64,000 bases of DNA from Mycoplasmatota bacterium (GTDB lineage Bacteria > Bacillota_I > Bacilli_A > RF39 > UBA660): positions 269 to 64,268 of the forward strand of contig JALFCF010000003.1 of the NCBI GenBank assembly GCA_022771205.1, given 5' to 3'. This document shows, piece by piece, positions 19,285-29,209 of this stretch. The notes under the pieces are model-generated. The model was given only the letters and a program-made list of their open reading frames with translations. It was not told the DNA's origin and did not search any database. Position numbers and translations under genes: made by a program. Each line of letters begins with the position of its first letter. Position 1 is the stretch's first letter.

Positions 19285-20181
19285 ATGCTACAAGTTAAAA
19301 ATATTGTAAAATATTATGGTGAAAATAAGGCCGTAGATAATTTATCTTTTGAAGTAAAAGATGGAGAAATATTCGGACTATTAGGTGAGAATGGTGCCGG
19401 AAAAACCACAACTTTTAGAATTATCATGGGCTTATTAGAAGCAACTAAAGGAGAAGTTCTATTAAATGGGGAGCATATTGATTATTCTATTACAGATAAA
19501 ATTGGTTTTGTAACAGAAGAAAGAAGTTTACTGACTAAAATGACTGTAAAAGAACAAATTATTTTTTATGGTATCTTAAAAGGAATGAAAGAAAAAGAAA
19601 TAGAAAAAGAATTAAAAAAATGGTTAAAAGACTTTCAAATTGAAAGCTATGAAAATAGAAAAATTAAGGAGTTATCAAAAGGTAATCAACAAAAAATTCA
19701 GTTTATTTCTGCAGTGATTCATCATCCTAAATTATTAATACTAGATGAACCATTCACTGGACTAGACCCAATCAATGTAGAATTAATGAAAAAAGCAATT
19801 TATAAATTACAAAAAGAAGGTTGTTCTATTATATTTTCATCACATCAAATGGAACATATTGAGAATTTCTGTGAAAAACTAATCATTTTAGTAAAAGGTA
19901 AACCAATAGTTGATGGTTATGTAAAAGATATTAAAAGAGAATATAAAAAGAAAAATGTTCTAATTAGAGGAGAAAATCTTCCATTAAAAGAATTAGAAGA
20001 AATTAAAGGAGTTATTTCTGTTACAAAGCAAAAAGATGAATATGAAGTAAAAGTAGAAGAAGAAACAGTAGCTCCAAAAATATTTGCCAAAATAAAAAAT
20101 TGCAATATTACAAAATATGATGTAACGGAGCCAACGCTAAACGAAATTTTCATTGCGAAAGTAGGTGAAGTACATGAGTAA
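19285..20181 (+). CDS. ABC transporter ATP-binding protein (ABC-2 subtype)
   Basis: Walker A GENGAGKTT, signature LSKGNQQK, Walker B LLILDEPFTGLD. Confidence 0.85.
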   Translation: MLQVKNIVKYYGENKAVDNLSFEVKDGEIFGLLGENGAGKTTTFRIIMGLLEATKGEVLLNGEHIDYSITDKIGFVTEERSLLTKMTVKEQIIFYGILKGMKEKEIEKELKKWLKDFQIESYENRKIKELSKGNQQKIQFISAVIHHPKLLILDEPFTGLDPINVELMKKAIYKLQKEGCSIIFSSHQMEHIENFCEKLIILVKGKPIVDGYVKDIKREYKKKNVLIRGENLPLKELEEIKGVISVTKQKDEYEVKVEEETVAPKIFAKIKNCNITKYDVTEPTLNEIFIAKVGEVHE

Positions 20182-21469
20182 TAAATTTTGGTATCTAACA
20201 AAACAAAGTTTAAAAAAGAAAATAAAGTCAAAATGGTTTATTGGGGTAAACATTATGTTAGCTCTAGTAATTATTGCTTTAATCAATATTAATTCAATTA
20301 TTTCATTTTTTGGCGGAGATTTTAGTGAAAATACTAAAATATTAGTAGTAGATAAAACGCAAATATCTTATCCTATATTTGAACAAAGTATTAAAACAAT
20401 AAAAAAGGAAAATGAAGATGCAAAAATTACTATAAAAGAAAGTAATAAGTCTGAAAAAAAACTAAAAAAAGACTTAAAAGATAATCAAGTAGCAATCTTT
20501 TTTGAAAATGATAAAGATGAGTTTGTAACTGCAAAAGTAATCAGTAAAGAAAAAATAGATAATACAACATATCAATATATTTCTCAAGGATTAAATGCAA
20601 CCAAAACAAGTGTTGCTTTAGTCAAAACAAATACTGATCCAACACTACTTACTAAAATATCATCACCAATTACAACAGAAAGAATAGTATTAAACGATGA
20701 AAAGTCAGTAGATGAAAATATGGAAATGGTTATGGGAAGTGTTTTTCCAACGTTGATTCTTCCATTCTTTATGTTAATTATCTTCCTAGTTCAAATGATT
20801 GGTGGAGAAATTTGTGAAGAAAAGACTACTAAAAGTATGGAAATTATTATTTCCAATGTTAGCCCAAAAACTCACTTATTATCAAAGGTAGTAGCCAGTA
20901 ATGTATTTATTATAATGCAAGGAATATTATTAATTTTATATTCTATAGTTGGAATTCTAATTAGTACAAAAGGAAAATTATCAATTGATCCAAGTATAGA
21001 TAGTTTATTAACAGCAACAGTTGAATCAGGATTTTTGGATAAGATTTTAACACTTCTTCCAGCAATTATAGTTATGTTAATATTATCATTCTTAGCTTAC
21101 TCGCTAATAGCTGGAATATTAGCTTCTATGACAACCAATATGGAAGACTTTCAGCAGATTCAAACACCAATTATGTTAGTACTATTAGCAGGATACTATT
21201 TAGCGATTATGGCTGGTATGTTTGATGGTTCTATATTAATAAGAATATTATCTTATGTACCATTTATTTCTTGTTTAGTCTCACCTTCACTATACATAAT
21301 TGGTCAAATAAACATGATAGATGTTATTATTTCTATTGTTGTATTAATAATTACAATAGCATTAATGACAAAATATGGATTAAGAGTTTATAAAGTGGGA
21401 ATTTTAAACTATTCTAATGAGAAAATTTGGTCTCGCTTTGCTAAAGCTTTAAAAAGTAAAGATATGTAA
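20165..21469 (+). CDS. ABC-2 family transporter permease
   Basis: Translationally coupled to the ATPase gene. N-terminal TM, large extracytoplasmic loop, and about 5 C-terminal TM helices. Confidence 0.65.
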   Translation: MKYMSNKFWYLTKQSLKKKIKSKWFIGVNIMLALVIIALININSIISFFGGDFSENTKILVVDKTQISYPIFEQSIKTIKKENEDAKITIKESNKSEKKLKKDLKDNQVAIFFENDKDEFVTAKVISKEKIDNTTYQYISQGLNATKTSVALVKTNTDPTLLTKISSPITTERIVLNDEKSVDENMEMVMGSVFPTLILPFFMLIIFLVQMIGGEICEEKTTKSMEIIISNVSPKTHLLSKVVASNVFIIMQGILLILYSIVGILISTKGKLSIDPSIDSLLTATVESGFLDKILTLLPAIIVMLILSFLAYSLIAGILASMTTNMEDFQQIQTPIMLVLLAGYYLAIMAGMFDGSILIRILSYVPFISCLVSPSLYIIGQINMIDVIISIVVLIITIALMTKYGLRVYKVGILNYSNEKIWSRFAKALKSKDM

Positions 21470-21497
21470 AAGAGTTTATTAAAACTCTTTTTTTCTT
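21469..21497 (+). terminator. rho-independent terminator
   Basis: agagttt-attaa-aaactct followed by T8. Confidence 0.55.
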
Positions 21498-21573
21498 TAA
21501 AAAATAAAAATGGATAATAAAAAAATCATCCAGCGTGCTATAATATAGAAGTAAAAGAATAGGAGGAATAGTT

Positions 21574-22689
21574 TTGATTGTATTTAAAGATGTTAGCAAA
21601 AGTTATAAAAATGTCACTGTATTAAAGAATATTTCTCTTACCATAGAAGACGGAGATTTAGTATGCTTAATTGGTGAATCTGGTTGTGGTAAGACAACAA
21701 CTTTAAAAATGATTAATAAATTAATATCTCCAACATCAGGAGAAATTACAATTAATAAACAAAATATAAAAAATATTAATGATGTCAAATTAAGAAGAAA
21801 AATGGGATATGTTATACAACAAACTGGTCTTTTTACGCATATGACTATTAGAGAAAACATAGAAATTATTGCCAAAATAGAAAAGATGTCTGAAGAAAAA
21901 AGAAGAAAAAGAGTAACTGAAATGATGAAAATGGTAGGATTAGACGAGAAATTACTAGACAGGTATCCTAATGAACTATCTGGGGGTCAGTTACAACGAA
22001 TTGGAATAGCTAGAGCATTTATGACAGATCCTAAAATAATATTAATGGATGAGCCTTTCAGTGCTCTAGATCCTATGAGTAGAACAGCTCTTCAAGACGA
22101 ACTTTTAAGATTGCAAAGAAAATTTCATAAAACTATTGTGTTTGTAACACACGACATGGATGAAGCAATTAAACTAGCAGATAAGATTGCTATCATGGAT
22201 CAAGGAAAGTTAGTACAGTATGATACACCGGAAAATATATTAAAGCATCCAGCTAACGATTTTGTAGAAAACTTTGTAGGACATAAAAGAATTTGGAATT
22301 CACCAGAATTTATTAAAGTAAAAGATATTATGATTACAAGACCAATTACCTGTAAAGAATATGATACAAAATTTTATTGTATTAACAAAATGCGTATGAC
22401 TAAAGTAGATAGTTTAATGGTAATAGATGAAGAAAGAAAGTTAGTAGGAATCTTATATGCAGAAAGCTTAAGCTTAAAAAATAAAAAATCAAATACGATT
22501 AAAGAATATATTGAAAAAGATTTTGTATCAGTAAAAGAAAATGATTCTATTGTTGACTTAGCAAAATTAATAAAAGATACTAAGTCAGCGACAATACCAG
22601 TAGTAGATAGAGAAAAAAGGTTAACTGGATTAATTACAAGAAGTAGTTTAATTACAGCATTAAGTCAACAGTTTACAGAGGAGGATTAA
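21574..22689 (+). CDS. glycine betaine/carnitine/choline ABC transporter ATP-binding protein with tandem CBS domains (OpuCA/OpuAA-like)
   Basis: Walker A GESGCGKTT, LSGGQLQRIGIARA, Walker B ILMDEPFSALD. C-terminal CBS pair. Confidence 0.85.
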   Translation: MIVFKDVSKSYKNVTVLKNISLTIEDGDLVCLIGESGCGKTTTLKMINKLISPTSGEITINKQNIKNINDVKLRRKMGYVIQQTGLFTHMTIRENIEIIAKIEKMSEEKRRKRVTEMMKMVGLDEKLLDRYPNELSGGQLQRIGIARAFMTDPKIILMDEPFSALDPMSRTALQDELLRLQRKFHKTIVFVTHDMDEAIKLADKIAIMDQGKLVQYDTPENILKHPANDFVENFVGHKRIWNSPEFIKVKDIMITRPITCKEYDTKFYCINKMRMTKVDSLMVIDEERKLVGILYAESLSLKNKKSNTIKEYIEKDFVSVKENDSIVDLAKLIKDTKSATIPVVDREKRLTGLITRSSLITALSQQFTEED

Positions 22690-22691
22690 TA

Positions 22692-24260
22692 ATGGAATTT
22701 TTTAATTATATGTTAGAAAATAAAGATCAAATCATCTCTCTATGCATAGAACATATTGAATTAACAGCAATAGCTTTAATTATTGCAATTATTATTGGGG
22801 TACCTATTGGTATATTAATCAGTTATAAAAAGAAGTTAAATAAACCTATATTAGGAGTAACAAGTGTAACTCAAGCAATACCAAGTATGGCTCTTCTTGG
22901 ATTTATGATACCATTTTTAGGTATTGGTACTGCACCAGCAATTGTGGTAGTAGTTTTATATTCATTACTCCCAATCATAAAAAACACATACACAGGAATT
23001 ACTAATATTTCTCCAGCAACAATAGAAGCCGCAACAGGTATTGGTCTTACAAGAGCGCAAATACTAACTAAAATTCAAATTCCTCAAGCACTCCCAATCA
23101 TTATGGCTGGAGTTAGAATCTCTTCAGTTAGTGCTGTAGGCCTTATGACAATGGCAGCATTTATTGGTGGTGGAGGATTAGGATATCTAATATTTTCTGG
23201 TATTCGTACTGTAAACAACTATCAGATTTTAGCCGGGGCTATACCAGCATGTATTCTAGCTCTTTTAGTAGACTACTTCTTTGGAGCAATAGAAAAATTA
23301 GTAACACCACTTAGTTTACAAAGTGACAAGAACCATCAAGAAAATATAAAAAAATCCCAAAGAAAAAATAAAATTATAGTCATCGGAACAATTATCTTAA
23401 TTGCTTTCTTATTTCTACATGAAATAGACTTTTCAAAAAAATCAGGTGATGTAATCCGTGTAGGCAGTAAAGATTTTACAGAACAAGAAATACTTTGTTA
23501 TATGACATCACACGCAATAGAAAACAATACAGACATTAATGTGGAAGAAGAATGTAACCTAGGAGGAGCTCAGGTTGTATTTTCTGCATTAACAAACAAT
23601 AATATAGATTTATACATTGACTATGCAGGAACTGACTATACAGATATCTTAAAACATAAACCAATATCAGATGTAGACAAAGTATATAAAACTATCAAAG
23701 AAGAAATGAAAGAAAAATACAATGTTGAGGTCTTAAATCAAATGGCCTTTAATAATACTTACGCTTTAGCTGTAACGAAAGAAACAGCTGAGAAATATAA
23801 CCTAAAGACTATTAGTGATTTAACAAGAGTAGCTAATGATTTTATTATTGCTCCAACACTAGAGTTTATCAATAGAGAAGACGGTCTTCCAGGTTTAGAA
23901 AAAGAATATGGTTTAAATTTTAAAGATACGATAGGAATTGATGGAAGTCCAAGATATACAGCTTTACAAAATAATAATGCTCAAGTAATTGATGCTTTCA
24001 CAACAGATGGCTTATTAAAAAAGTTTAATCTAACAGTACTAGAAGACGATAAAAACTTTTTCCCACCATACTATGCAATACCATTAGTAAGAAGTGATAC
24101 TTTAAAAGAGTATCCAGAAATAGAGAAAATTTTAAATGCATTAGGACCATATCTAACAGATGAAGTAATGCAGGATTTAAATTATCAAGTTGACGAATTA
24201 GGAAAAAGCCCTGAAAAAGTTGCTACTGATTTTTTAAACATGATAAATTTAACAGTATAA
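22692..24260 (+). CDS. osmoprotectant ABC transporter, fused permease + substrate-binding domain
   Basis: N-terminal binding-protein-dependent permease domain with 6 TM helices, then a periplasmic OpuAC/OpuCC-type binding domain. Confidence 0.8.
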   Translation: MEFFNYMLENKDQIISLCIEHIELTAIALIIAIIIGVPIGILISYKKKLNKPILGVTSVTQAIPSMALLGFMIPFLGIGTAPAIVVVVLYSLLPIIKNTYTGITNISPATIEAATGIGLTRAQILTKIQIPQALPIIMAGVRISSVSAVGLMTMAAFIGGGGLGYLIFSGIRTVNNYQILAGAIPACILALLVDYFFGAIEKLVTPLSLQSDKNHQENIKKSQRKNKIIVIGTIILIAFLFLHEIDFSKKSGDVIRVGSKDFTEQEILCYMTSHAIENNTDINVEEECNLGGAQVVFSALTNNNIDLYIDYAGTDYTDILKHKPISDVDKVYKTIKEEMKEKYNVEVLNQMAFNNTYALAVTKETAEKYNLKTISDLTRVANDFIIAPTLEFINREDGLPGLEKEYGLNFKDTIGIDGSPRYTALQNNNAQVIDAFTTDGLLKKFNLTVLEDDKNFFPPYYAIPLVRSDTLKEYPEIEKILNALGPYLTDEVMQDLNYQVDELGKSPEKVATDFLNMINLTV

Positions 24261-24311
24261 AAAAGTTGACGAAATAAGAGATAAATATTATCATAGTAAC
24301 AGAGGTGTATT

Positions 24312-24893
24312 ATGTATTACAATTATAGAAAACAAAGAATAAAGAGTGCACTAATCATTTGCTTTATATTAGCATTAGCAATATTTGCTACTCATCATAT
24401 ATATTATAAGTTCCAAAGTCAAAGGAATACGGATTATAGTTCTGAGTCACTAGACATTACATTTCATGAAGAAACAGGTGATCGAGTTACTTTATCCAGA
24501 GTAACTCCTGTAACTGACTCAGTAGGACTAGCTTCTCAATCATACACATTTACAATAAAGAATAATATGACAATTCCTGTCAATTATACAATAAAGTTAG
24601 TTGATGATTTAGAAACGGTATTTGAAGATGGATGTAGTGAATATCAAATGCCTAAAGATATTGTCAGAGTAGCTATTAAAGATAATAAAAAAACAGATAT
24701 TTATAATTTAGTAGAATTAAACGATGGAATATTAGTGCAAACAAAAATCAAAGCTTTAAAAGAAGAAGAATATACAATTAGAGTTTGGACAAGAAAAGAC
24801 ACTACGTTACAAGCTGGTGCTGTGAGACATTATCATGGTAAGATTCAGATTGTAGAAGATGATAGAGAAGTAGCGATATTAAACAGAAATTAG
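24312..24893 (+). CDS. hypothetical membrane-anchored protein
   Basis: N-terminal TM helix and a 160-aa extracytoplasmic domain. No motif. Confidence 0.4.
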   Translation: MYYNYRKQRIKSALIICFILALAIFATHHIYYKFQSQRNTDYSSESLDITFHEETGDRVTLSRVTPVTDSVGLASQSYTFTIKNNMTIPVNYTIKLVDDLETVFEDGCSEYQMPKDIVRVAIKDNKKTDIYNLVELNDGILVQTKIKALKEEEYTIRVWTRKDTTLQAGAVRHYHGKIQIVEDDREVAILNRN

Positions 24894-24903
24894 GTGAAGT
24901 TAC

Positions 24904-25389
24904 ATGAATATTGATTTAACAGCCTTACATAGTCATGTGGTAGATAAAGTAGATATTACTAATATTTATACAATACCAGAGGATTATTTTGGAACTACAG
25001 GAGTAAAAAAGTTAGAAGATATTAAAGTAGATGGTTATGTGTACCTATCACCAAGTGAAGATGACATTGAAGAGGAAGTAGACAGTATTAATTGTAAAAT
25101 AGAAGGAAATATGATAATAGAAGATTCTATTTCCTTAGAGCCAGTACAATACCCATTTTCTATCAATTATGACGATATAATAGAAGAAAATTGCAAAAAA
25201 AATGAAAATACACTTGATATATTTTCATTTTTATGGGAAAATATTGTACTAGAGGTCCCTCTACAATTTACAAAGGTCGAAGACTTTTCTAAATTTCGAG
25301 GAGACGGATGGAAATTAGTGAGTGAAAACGAGCTAACTGAAAATAACAATCCATTTAGTGAATTACTAGATAAGATGAAAGAGGAGTGA
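24904..25389 (+). CDS. YceD/DUF177-family protein (large-subunit ribosomal accumulation protein)
   Basis: 161 aa, acidic. Conserved position immediately upstream of rpmF. Confidence 0.65.
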   Translation: MNIDLTALHSHVVDKVDITNIYTIPEDYFGTTGVKKLEDIKVDGYVYLSPSEDDIEEEVDSINCKIEGNMIIEDSISLEPVQYPFSINYDDIIEENCKKNENTLDIFSFLWENIVLEVPLQFTKVEDFSKFRGDGWKLVSENELTENNNPFSELLDKMKEE

Positions 25390-25393
25390 TAAT

Positions 25394-25603
25394 ATGATGA
25401 AATTAGATATTCAAATGTTCGCTGTTCCTTTTCGTAAAGTTTCAAAGACAAGAAAAAGAATGAGAAGAAGTCATAATGCTATGGAAGTTCCAGGTATGGT
25501 AAAATGCCCAAGCTGTGGTGAAATGATCAAAGCTCATAGAGTTTGTCCAAAATGTGGAAACTATAAAGGAAAAACTGTCGTAGCAAAAAAAGAAGCTGAA
25601 TAA
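25394..25603 (+). CDS. rpmF: 50S ribosomal protein L32 with an N-terminal 9-residue extension
   Basis: [20 protein letters not shown] and the CPSCG...CPKCG zinc ribbon. AGGAGTG RBS serves the upstream ATG, not the internal Met8. Confidence 0.85.
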   Translation: MMKLDIQMFAVPFRKVSKTRKRMRRSHNAMEVPGMVKCPSCGEMIKAHRVCPKCGNYKGKTVVAKKEAE

Positions 25604-25616
25604 GCTTCTTTTTTAT
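25591..25616 (+). terminator. rho-independent terminator overlapping the rpmF stop
   Basis: agaagct-gaata-agcttct followed by T6. Confidence 0.5.
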
Positions 25617-25653
25617 TAGTTAAAAACTTGCTATAATAGAAATGGTGATATAA

Positions 25654-26895
25654 ATGAATAAGATTAAGAGATGGTTATATAAACATAAAGTAATTATTTT
25701 TTTATTTTTAATTTCACTTATTATTAGGATAGGAGTAGTATTATTAATTGATACACCAATTATATCTGATTTCAAAACAATGTATGAAGCTTCTTTAGAA
25801 GTATTAAAAGGAACTTCACATTATAAAGATATGTCATATTTTATTTGTTGGGGTTATCAAATGGGACATGTAGTATATCAGAGTGCCTTATTGTCTATTT
25901 GTAATAGCGTTATGTTTTTGAAAATAGTAAATTCCATAATTACATCTTTAACAGTAGTGATGATCTACTTGATTGGAAAAGAAATATCAAGTAAAAAAGC
26001 AGCGTTTATTATAAGTATTATTTATTCAATATTTCTTTTCCCTTTACTACTAAATACAGTATTAACTAATCAATTAGTTCCAATATTATTAATATTAATA
26101 GCACTTTATTTATGGATAAAAAACAAAAAATATAAATTATCAACCACTATTACAATAGGTGTTTTATTAGGAATGAGTAATATTTTAAGAAGTGAAACCA
26201 TAGTAATAATCATTGCATTTATCTTATATATAATATTTTTAATATTGAAAAAAGAAAATATAAAAAAATTAATAGTAAGTTTACTCTTAATAATTATTAG
26301 CTATGTAGCTATTACGTCATCTGCTTCCTTTCTTCTAAAAGTAACTAATATTAGCCCAAGTGGACTAGAAAATAGAAATTCTACCTGGAAGTTTTTAGAG
26401 GGACTAAACACAGAAACAAGAGGCCAGTATAGTGAAGACGATGCATCAAAATTTGCTTATGACAAGAAAAAAACAAAAAAAGAGCTAGCAAAAAGAATAA
26501 AAAGTGAATGGAAGCAATATCCGTTATTATTTGCGAAAAAAACAAAAATACTATGGTTAAATTCTGATTTATCATGGTCGTTAGGACATATAGAAAATCA
26601 AGAAAAGTTAAAAATGTATGAAGGATTTAATCAAATATTTATCTATCTATTTGTTTTGTTATCATTATTAAGTTGTATTACCTTACTAAAAAAGAGCTAC
26701 AAAAAAGAACAAATATTAATATCACTAATATTATTTGTATATTTTGGAGTATATTTGTTTATAGAAGTAATGCCTAGATATGCATATTCACTACAAGTGT
26801 TTGAAGCGCTTCTTGCCACCGTCACACTTGGATATATCTTAGATAATAAAAAAGAAAATAAAGTAGGTGATTATCATGGAAAAAATAGAAAATAA
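25654..26895 (+). CDS. polytopic membrane protein, possible GT39/ArnT-like glycosyltransferase (tentative)
   Basis: 413 aa with about 10 TM helices. Topology resembles GT-C enzymes. No firm motif. Confidence 0.35.
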   Translation: MNKIKRWLYKHKVIIFLFLISLIIRIGVVLLIDTPIISDFKTMYEASLEVLKGTSHYKDMSYFICWGYQMGHVVYQSALLSICNSVMFLKIVNSIITSLTVVMIYLIGKEISSKKAAFIISIIYSIFLFPLLLNTVLTNQLVPILLILIALYLWIKNKKYKLSTTITIGVLLGMSNILRSETIVIIIAFILYIIFLILKKENIKKLIVSLLLIIISYVAITSSASFLLKVTNISPSGLENRNSTWKFLEGLNTETRGQYSEDDASKFAYDKKKTKKELAKRIKSEWKQYPLLFAKKTKILWLNSDLSWSLGHIENQEKLKMYEGFNQIFIYLFVLLSLLSCITLLKKSYKKEQILISLILFVYFGVYLFIEVMPRYAYSLQVFEALLATVTLGYILDNKKENKVGDYHGKNRK

Positions 26896-29209
26896 TATGT
26901 TGATAATTTGTCCTAATGAACAAAAATCAAAAATATTAGAAAAACTAGAACAAGAAAACAAATTATATAATCTAAAATTTATGACAAAAAAAGAATATTT
27001 AGATAATTACTTTTTTACATATAAAGATAATGCCCTTCTTTATTTAATGAAAAAGTATCATTATAAAGTGGATGTATGTAAAGTATATTTAAATTGTTTG
27101 TATGTAATTGATGAAAATAAAGTTTATCAAAATAAAAAATTACTCTTTTTACAAAATCTAAAAAAAGAATTACAAGAACAAGGTCTACTAGAATATAATT
27201 CTTCATTTAAGGACTATTTAAAAGGAAAAAGGAAAGTAGTTCTAAATTATCCAAAATTGGATTTATATGAAAGAATAGCTTTAGAAACAGAAGAAATTGT
27301 AACTAAAAATCAAAAGGAATTAGTAGTAACAGAATACAAAACAATGGAAGAAGAAGTAAATGGAATAGCACTGAAGATATTAAAATTATTGAATGAAAAA
27401 GTAAGTATTAACAAAATTTATTTAACAAATGTAACAAACGACTATTTATATACGATAGATAGAATATTTTCTTATTATAAAATTCCAATTAATTTAAACA
27501 TAAAATATCCTATATTCGGTACCAAAATAGTAAAGGACTATTTACAGGAAGAAAAATTAGATTTAGAAAACAGTAATAGAATAACAAAAAAGTTAGTATC
27601 TATTTTGAACTCTTTGATAGATTTAAAAGATGAAAGTAAAGAGTATAAAGAATTATTAATTTCTAAAATAAAAAGCGCTAGTGTTTCTAGTGAAGAATAT
27701 AAAAATGCTGTACAAGTGAAAAATCTAGAAAATGAAGAATTCTTAGAAGATGAATACGTGTTTGTATTAGGATTAAATCAGGATAATCTTCCAAAACTAG
27801 AAAAAGATACAGATTTTATTTCTGATAAAGATAAACAAGAAGTAAAACTATATACAACAGACGAAAAAAATAAAATAGCTAAAACTTCACTTATCAATAT
27901 CTTTAATTCCATTAAAAATTTATACTTATCATATAAGCTACAAAGTCCATTTCAAAGTATGTATCCATCTAGCATCATAGAAGAGTATAAAATAAAAGTA
28001 ATAACCCCTGAAGAAGATACCTATAATTTCAGTAATTTATACAACAAATTAAGATTAGGAAGTAAACTGGATACGTATAATAGATATCAAGAAATAACGC
28101 CAATGCTAAAGGAATTATACACACACTACAACATTCCTTATCAATCATATAATAATAGCTTTAAAGGTATTAATAAAGAAACATATCTAGAAAATTTACC
28201 ATATCCATTGAAACTATCTTATACTAGCATCAATACTTATAATGAATGTAAGTTTAAATATTATCTTAACTATGTTTTAAAATTAAATACATTTGAAGAT
28301 ACTTTTGCAGCTTTTGTAGGATCACTTTATCATAAAATATTACAATTATACAAAAAAACAAATTTTGATTTTGAAAAAGAATATCAAAAATACTTAGAAA
28401 GAAGGGAACTTTCTTTAAAAGAAAAAGTATTGCTAGTAAGATTAAAAAAAGAATTATTAGATTTATTGGAACAAGAAAAACAACAAGATTTAATAATAGG
28501 ATATACTGATGAATATTTGGAACAAAAAATAGATATACCATTAAGAAAAGATATTGAAGTTATTTTTACAGGAACAATCGATAAAATAATGTATTATAAA
28601 AAAATAGAAGACACCTATTTTGCTATAGTAGACTATAAATCAGGAACGGTAGATACCAAAATAGAAAAGATGAAATATGGACTATCTATGCAATTACCAG
28701 TATATTTATATTTAATTAATTATTCCAAAGTCTTTGACAATCCAATCTTTACTGGTATTTATTATCAAAATATTTTATTTAATTATCCATCATTTGATAA
28801 AAAATCATTAGAGGAGATAAAAAAGGATCGAATTAAGTTACAAGGCTACTCAACTGACGATGTTAGTATTTTATCGAGATTTGATCCCACATATGAAAAT
28901 AGCGAAGTGATAAAAAGTATGAAAACAACAGAAAAGGGTTTTTATCACTACACCAAAATATTAAACGATAAAGAAGTTTATGATATGATTTCATATACTA
29001 AAAAAGAAATAGAAAAAGCAACTGATGAAATACTAGAAGCAGATTTTAGTATCAATCCTAAGATCTATGATGGAAAAAATATTTCATGTGAATTTTGTGA
29101 ATTCAAAGATATTTGCTACAAGAGTCAAAAAGATACTATATATTTAGATAAAGTAGCTGATTTATCATTTTTAGATAGGAGGGATGATAATGCCAACTTG
29201 GACACCTGA
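26867..29209 (+). CDS. addB: helicase-nuclease complex subunit B (AddB/RexB), compact form
   Basis: C-terminal RecB-type nuclease with Fe-S cysteines (...YNECKFKYY...CEFCEFKDICY). No N-terminal Walker A. Immediately precedes addA. Confidence 0.7.
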   Translation: MIIMEKIENNMLIICPNEQKSKILEKLEQENKLYNLKFMTKKEYLDNYFFTYKDNALLYLMKKYHYKVDVCKVYLNCLYVIDENKVYQNKKLLFLQNLKKELQEQGLLEYNSSFKDYLKGKRKVVLNYPKLDLYERIALETEEIVTKNQKELVVTEYKTMEEEVNGIALKILKLLNEKVSINKIYLTNVTNDYLYTIDRIFSYYKIPINLNIKYPIFGTKIVKDYLQEEKLDLENSNRITKKLVSILNSLIDLKDESKEYKELLISKIKSASVSSEEYKNAVQVKNLENEEFLEDEYVFVLGLNQDNLPKLEKDTDFISDKDKQEVKLYTTDEKNKIAKTSLINIFNSIKNLYLSYKLQSPFQSMYPSSIIEEYKIKVITPEEDTYNFSNLYNKLRLGSKLDTYNRYQEITPMLKELYTHYNIPYQSYNNSFKGINKETYLENLPYPLKLSYTSINTYNECKFKYYLNYVLKLNTFEDTFAAFVGSLYHKILQLYKKTNFDFEKEYQKYLERRELSLKEKVLLVRLKKELLDLLEQEKQQDLIIGYTDEYLEQKIDIPLRKDIEVIFTGTIDKIMYYKKIEDTYFAIVDYKSGTVDTKIEKMKYGLSMQLPVYLYLINYSKVFDNPIFTGIYYQNILFNYPSFDKKSLEEIKKDRIKLQGYSTDDVSILSRFDPTYENSEVIKSMKTTEKGFYHYTKILNDKEVYDMISYTKKEIEKATDEILEADFSINPKIYDGKNISCEFCEFKDICYKSQKDTIYLDKVADLSFLDRRDDNANLDT

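Noticed and set aside
21498-21573. Possible c-di-AMP (ydaO) riboswitch upstream of the OpuC-like transporter
   Set aside because: The intergenic region is only about 75 nt after the terminator. It is too short and lacks the conserved ydaO helices. It looks like a plain promoter with an extended -10 (TGcTATAAT).
26867-29209. AddB as a truncated pseudogene
   Set aside because: The ORF is continuous, overlaps addA in the usual coupled arrangement and keeps the nuclease and Fe-S motifs. It is more likely a naturally compact form.
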